Source: a virus (taxonomy: Duplodnaviria > Caudoviricetes). From it: 27,298 bases of DNA. Of the stretch, positions 24,548-27,298 are shown piece by piece. The position numbers and the translations under genes were made by a program. The stretch's first letter is position 1, and each line of letters opens with the position of its first letter. A model generated the notes under the pieces. The model was not told the DNA's origin. It was given only the letters and a program-made list of their open reading frames with translations, and searched no databases. The stretch lies in the IMG/VR virus record IMGVR_UViG_3300042363_000450, positions 1 through 27,298 of that record; one strand, written 5' to 3'.

Positions 24548-26107
24548 TTATTTTTTTTGCTCGCGGATAATGCTTTGAACTTGTGATTTAGTTTTCTCCC
24601 AATCTGCTTTTGGTAGAATTGGATTAACCGACTCTGCGCCTGAGAGTTTTAAGATACTTTCAAAGGACGAATAGATTATCTTTTTCAATGACTCAAAGTT
24701 TTGCTGTTCCTTTGGCAATTTATTGAATTCATCTTCAATTTGAAATTCAAGAGTCTGTTTAGCCATTAAGGCTTTTACTCTTTTTGGTGAGTCCTTGTCA
24801 TTTTTTTCATCACCAAGATCTCCGAATCGTCCGCTGCGATAAAGGTCATTGAATATTTCGTGTGTCTCTTTTGCGTAAAAAAAGAATCCAGTTGCCTTGC
24901 CGTCTTTGATTCTTTTTTCAAATTCAAATTTAAGACCATCAGCCATATCTGGTCGATATTTCCTCATGCTTGAAATTGATTTGGCGATCTGCGCTCTGGT
25001 GGCACTGTCGATATCTTTTTCAGAATCGTAATTCTTAATCAATGCCATTGTGTCTTGATTGAGCTTTAACGCCTGATCTTCACTCGATGGGCCAGGGTTT
25101 CTGAACATCTTCTCGATCTCTAATTGCTGAGAAGGATCACTCCATTTGAAAAGAGGTTTTGCATCTTCAAATGTTTTGACTTGCCCATCGATTGCAAGAT
25201 TAACAATAGCTTCCGACTCTGAACTCTGAAACCTTTTCAGTGTGTTTTGGGATTGAACAATCAAAGAGGCGCGATCATCAGGATTTAACCATGAGAGATA
25301 GTTTTTATCGCTCTGCAATTTGTTGGCATTGCCAATTGGATCTTGGTTTCTTTGTTCAGAATCAATAGCCAATTGCTTTTGCTTATCAGCAGAATCTTTG
25401 ATGAGTTTATAGTTCTCTTCAGAAATGTGATTATTGGCAAACATTTCATTCGCCATTGCATCGATCCGATCCGCTGCATCAGCGGTTCCTTCTTTTCTTA
25501 ATGCTCCAACGGTATTGCTGAAATCGTTCAAGATTTGTGTTCGTTTTGATTCATTCATATCGTTGCGAAGTCGTTCAATTTGCCAAGATGGAAGAATTGC
25601 TTCCGCAGCAGTTATCGCAGACTGTCCAGCATCCCATTGTCTTGCTGATTTTGCTGAATCGATGGCAGATAACACCTTGTTTTCAGACTGCTTAAACACA
25701 TCTGCCTGCACACGAATTGCTCCATTGGTGCTCCAGTTAGACAGTTTGCTTTCAAGATGCAATCTAGCCTCTGGCGTGAGTGCCATTGTCTTCACATCCT
25801 CACCGACCTTGCTTGAGATCTCGCTCCATTTCTTGCTCCAATTGGCATCGTCATTCATTCCTTCAGGCGACTGCTGATACGCGATGAAATCCTTGTGAGC
25901 CTTGTCCATCGAAAGAGTCGCAGCAGTGACATTTGTGATGTCGTCAGCTTTCTTCTTCATCTCAAGCATCTTGAACCCAGCTTGGCCGATATTCATCAAG
26001 CCTTCACCGAGTGCCGCATTGGTTACGGCTGGAAGATCCGGTGTCTTGATCGTCGCGTTGCCCGTAGCCTGCGGCGTTGGGCTTTGTAGAATTGGAATGC
26101 GTGCCAT
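24548..26107 (-). CDS. Internal virion / ejection protein (T7 gp15 positional analogue)
   Basis: MARIPI N-terminus, all-helical 519 aa, located between the small and giant ejection genes. Confidence 0.7.
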   Translation of the reverse strand: MARIPILQSPTPQATGNATIKTPDLPAVTNAALGEGLMNIGQAGFKMLEMKKKADDITNVTAATLSMDKAHKDFIAYQQSPEGMNDDANWSKKWSEISSKVGEDVKTMALTPEARLHLESKLSNWSTNGAIRVQADVFKQSENKVLSAIDSAKSARQWDAGQSAITAAEAILPSWQIERLRNDMNESKRTQILNDFSNTVGALRKEGTADAADRIDAMANEMFANNHISEENYKLIKDSADKQKQLAIDSEQRNQDPIGNANKLQSDKNYLSWLNPDDRASLIVQSQNTLKRFQSSESEAIVNLAIDGQVKTFEDAKPLFKWSDPSQQLEIEKMFRNPGPSSEDQALKLNQDTMALIKNYDSEKDIDSATRAQIAKSISSMRKYRPDMADGLKFEFEKRIKDGKATGFFFYAKETHEIFNDLYRSGRFGDLGDEKNDKDSPKRVKALMAKQTLEFQIEDEFNKLPKEQQNFESLKKIIYSSFESILKLSGAESVNPILPKADWEKTKSQVQSIIREQKK

Positions 26108-26110
26108 AAA

Positions 26111-26683
26111 TTATAGTCCAGATGGAGTGGCTGATACGGTTTTTGGAGTATATCCTGAAGGGATTGTCGATTTGCCACCGGTTGTTTGCGGTCGTGTGCT
26201 GTATCCTTGATAAGCCTGGCCGGCGATCTGTCCAATGCTGGACACTAATTGAGCATTGCCCTGCGCCTTGATTGCCGCTGACTGCTGCTTGCCCATTGCC
26301 AGAAGCGATTGACCTTCATACGACAGTTGTCGCTGAGACAGATCTGCCATGTGCTGCTGGTCGCTCAGTTCAGTCTGCTGCTTTGCCCATGTGTCTGCCT
26401 CCAGTGACAGGCTTGTGCCGGTTCCGAGTGTTGCTCCGCTTGCTGCCATTGCTGCTGTCTGCTGCGCTCTAAACCTAGCCTGCTCAGTGACTGCTCGACG
26501 TTGGTTCTCTTCGTTCTGTTGCGCCTGACGAATCTGCTCCTGACCAATAGCCTTGTTTTGCGCTTCGGCATTGAGTTCTGCCTGCTTTGCAGCGGTTCTT
26601 GATGCCGAATATGCTACACCTGCGCCTGCTGCTGACGTTGCGACTGAGGCGAGGGCAATGATTGTTGCTGTTTCAAGTCCCAT
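26111..26683 (-). CDS. Internal virion / ejection protein (T7 gp14 positional analogue)
   Basis: Hydrophobic Ala-rich N-terminus, Q/A coiled coil, and A.MAASG...GTGTSL motif. Confidence 0.75.
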   Translation of the reverse strand: MGLETATIIALASVATSAAGAGVAYSASRTAAKQAELNAEAQNKAIGQEQIRQAQQNEENQRRAVTEQARFRAQQTAAMAASGATLGTGTSLSLEADTWAKQQTELSDQQHMADLSQRQLSYEGQSLLAMGKQQSAAIKAQGNAQLVSSIGQIAGQAYQGYSTRPQTTGGKSTIPSGYTPKTVSATPSGL

Positions 26684-26686
26684 AAT

Positions 26687-27094
26687 TTAGATGATGTAAT
26701 GACATTTTTTGAACATGCGTTGAGATACTATTCCGCCTGCACGTTGAGCTTCAAATTCCATGACAGGATTCATCACAATCTCGAGAAGTGAATAGCCATA
26801 CCCATTGAGATTGTTGATGATTTTGACCCATGCGCGAATTGTATTCAGAATCAAAGTCCATGCTACCCTCAAATCATTGAGATTAAAGCGTCTTGGCAGG
26901 TAAACATGATCAATCTGCACAATGGGAACATCCATCGTTAATGCCGCCCAAGCACACAGAATAGGCTTGTCATCATCGCATGCGAGGAATCCGTGAGGAC
27001 TCAATAGATTAGGAAGAAGCACGCACCCACGAGCCTTTGCCCAAGACTGCAAGGTTGGAAGGTCATTGTCAGTGATTTTGCGGACAGTGATCAT
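26687..27094 (-). CDS. GNAT-like internal virion protein (T7 gp13 positional analogue)
   Basis: MITVRKITDNDL..L..W start is GNAT-like. Lies between the nozzle and ejection genes. Start set to ATG 27094. Confidence 0.55.
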   Translation of the reverse strand: MITVRKITDNDLPTLQSWAKARGCVLLPNLLSPHGFLACDDDKPILCAWAALTMDVPIVQIDHVYLPRRFNLNDLRVAWTLILNTIRAWVKIINNLNGYGYSLLEIVMNPVMEFEAQRAGGIVSQRMFKKCHYII

Positions 27095-27095
27095 A

Positions 27096-27298
27096 TTATC
27101 TTCCAGCCCCCGATGTGCCGTCGATCTCGACATCCAGTATCATGCCGGTGAGATTAAATGGCAGCGGATGCTTCGATGCGATCACGATATCCAAGCAGTT
27201 TCCCCAGTCGTGGTTCACAGCGTCAGGCAATGTCTGACCGGTGACATAACCGGTGGTGGTCGCAGTGAGTGATGGTGATACTGGGAACGCATCGATGT
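27096..27298 (-). CDS. C-terminus of tail tubular protein B / nozzle (partial)
   Basis: Hand translation ...TGYVTGQTLPDAVNHDWGNCLDIVIASKHPLPFNLTGMILDVEIDGTSGAGR*. The PLP-type C-terminal motif and gene position fit. Confidence 0.65.
   Translation of the reverse strand, partial: IDAFPVSPSLTATTTGYVTGQTLPDAVNHDWGNCLDIVIASKHPLPFNLTGMILDVEIDGTSGAGR

Noticed and set aside
111-27272. All plus-strand ORFs in the track (e.g. 804-1331, 6475-7041, 25434-25877)
   Set aside because: They are antisense shadows of well-supported minus-strand genes and have no recognisable motifs.
1-27298. Alternative genetic code or stop-codon readthrough
   Set aside because: Genes tile densely under the standard code, and TAA, TGA and TAG all act as stops.

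Overview
A 27.3-kb segment of a tailed dsDNA phage, probably podovirus-like. All credible genes lie on the minus strand. In transcription order (right to left) it contains: the C-terminus of a tail tubular/nozzle protein; a GNAT-like internal virion protein; two ejection proteins; a 3220-aa polyvalent ejection protein with putative ADP-ribosyltransferase and glycosylase-like cargo modules; a tail fibre/receptor-binding block (FnIII, fibre, LamG, chaperone-like); a lysis block with an M15 endolysin; an early promoter; a recombination/replication block (RecT-like, Cas4-like nuclease, RusA, HTH, SSB, O-like initiator with internal iterons, DnaB); and small and large terminase. No integrase, repressor, tRNA or CRISPR array is visible. 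The most striking non-gene signals are a structurally complete integron attC-like site (4377-4437), an adjacent c4/CI-like antisense RNA switch upstream of the initiator, a strong RCCGGY bias with loss of other CCGG and GTAC sites, and a likely overprinted ORF inside the giant protein. All product calls come from motif recognition by eye; no database searches were run.
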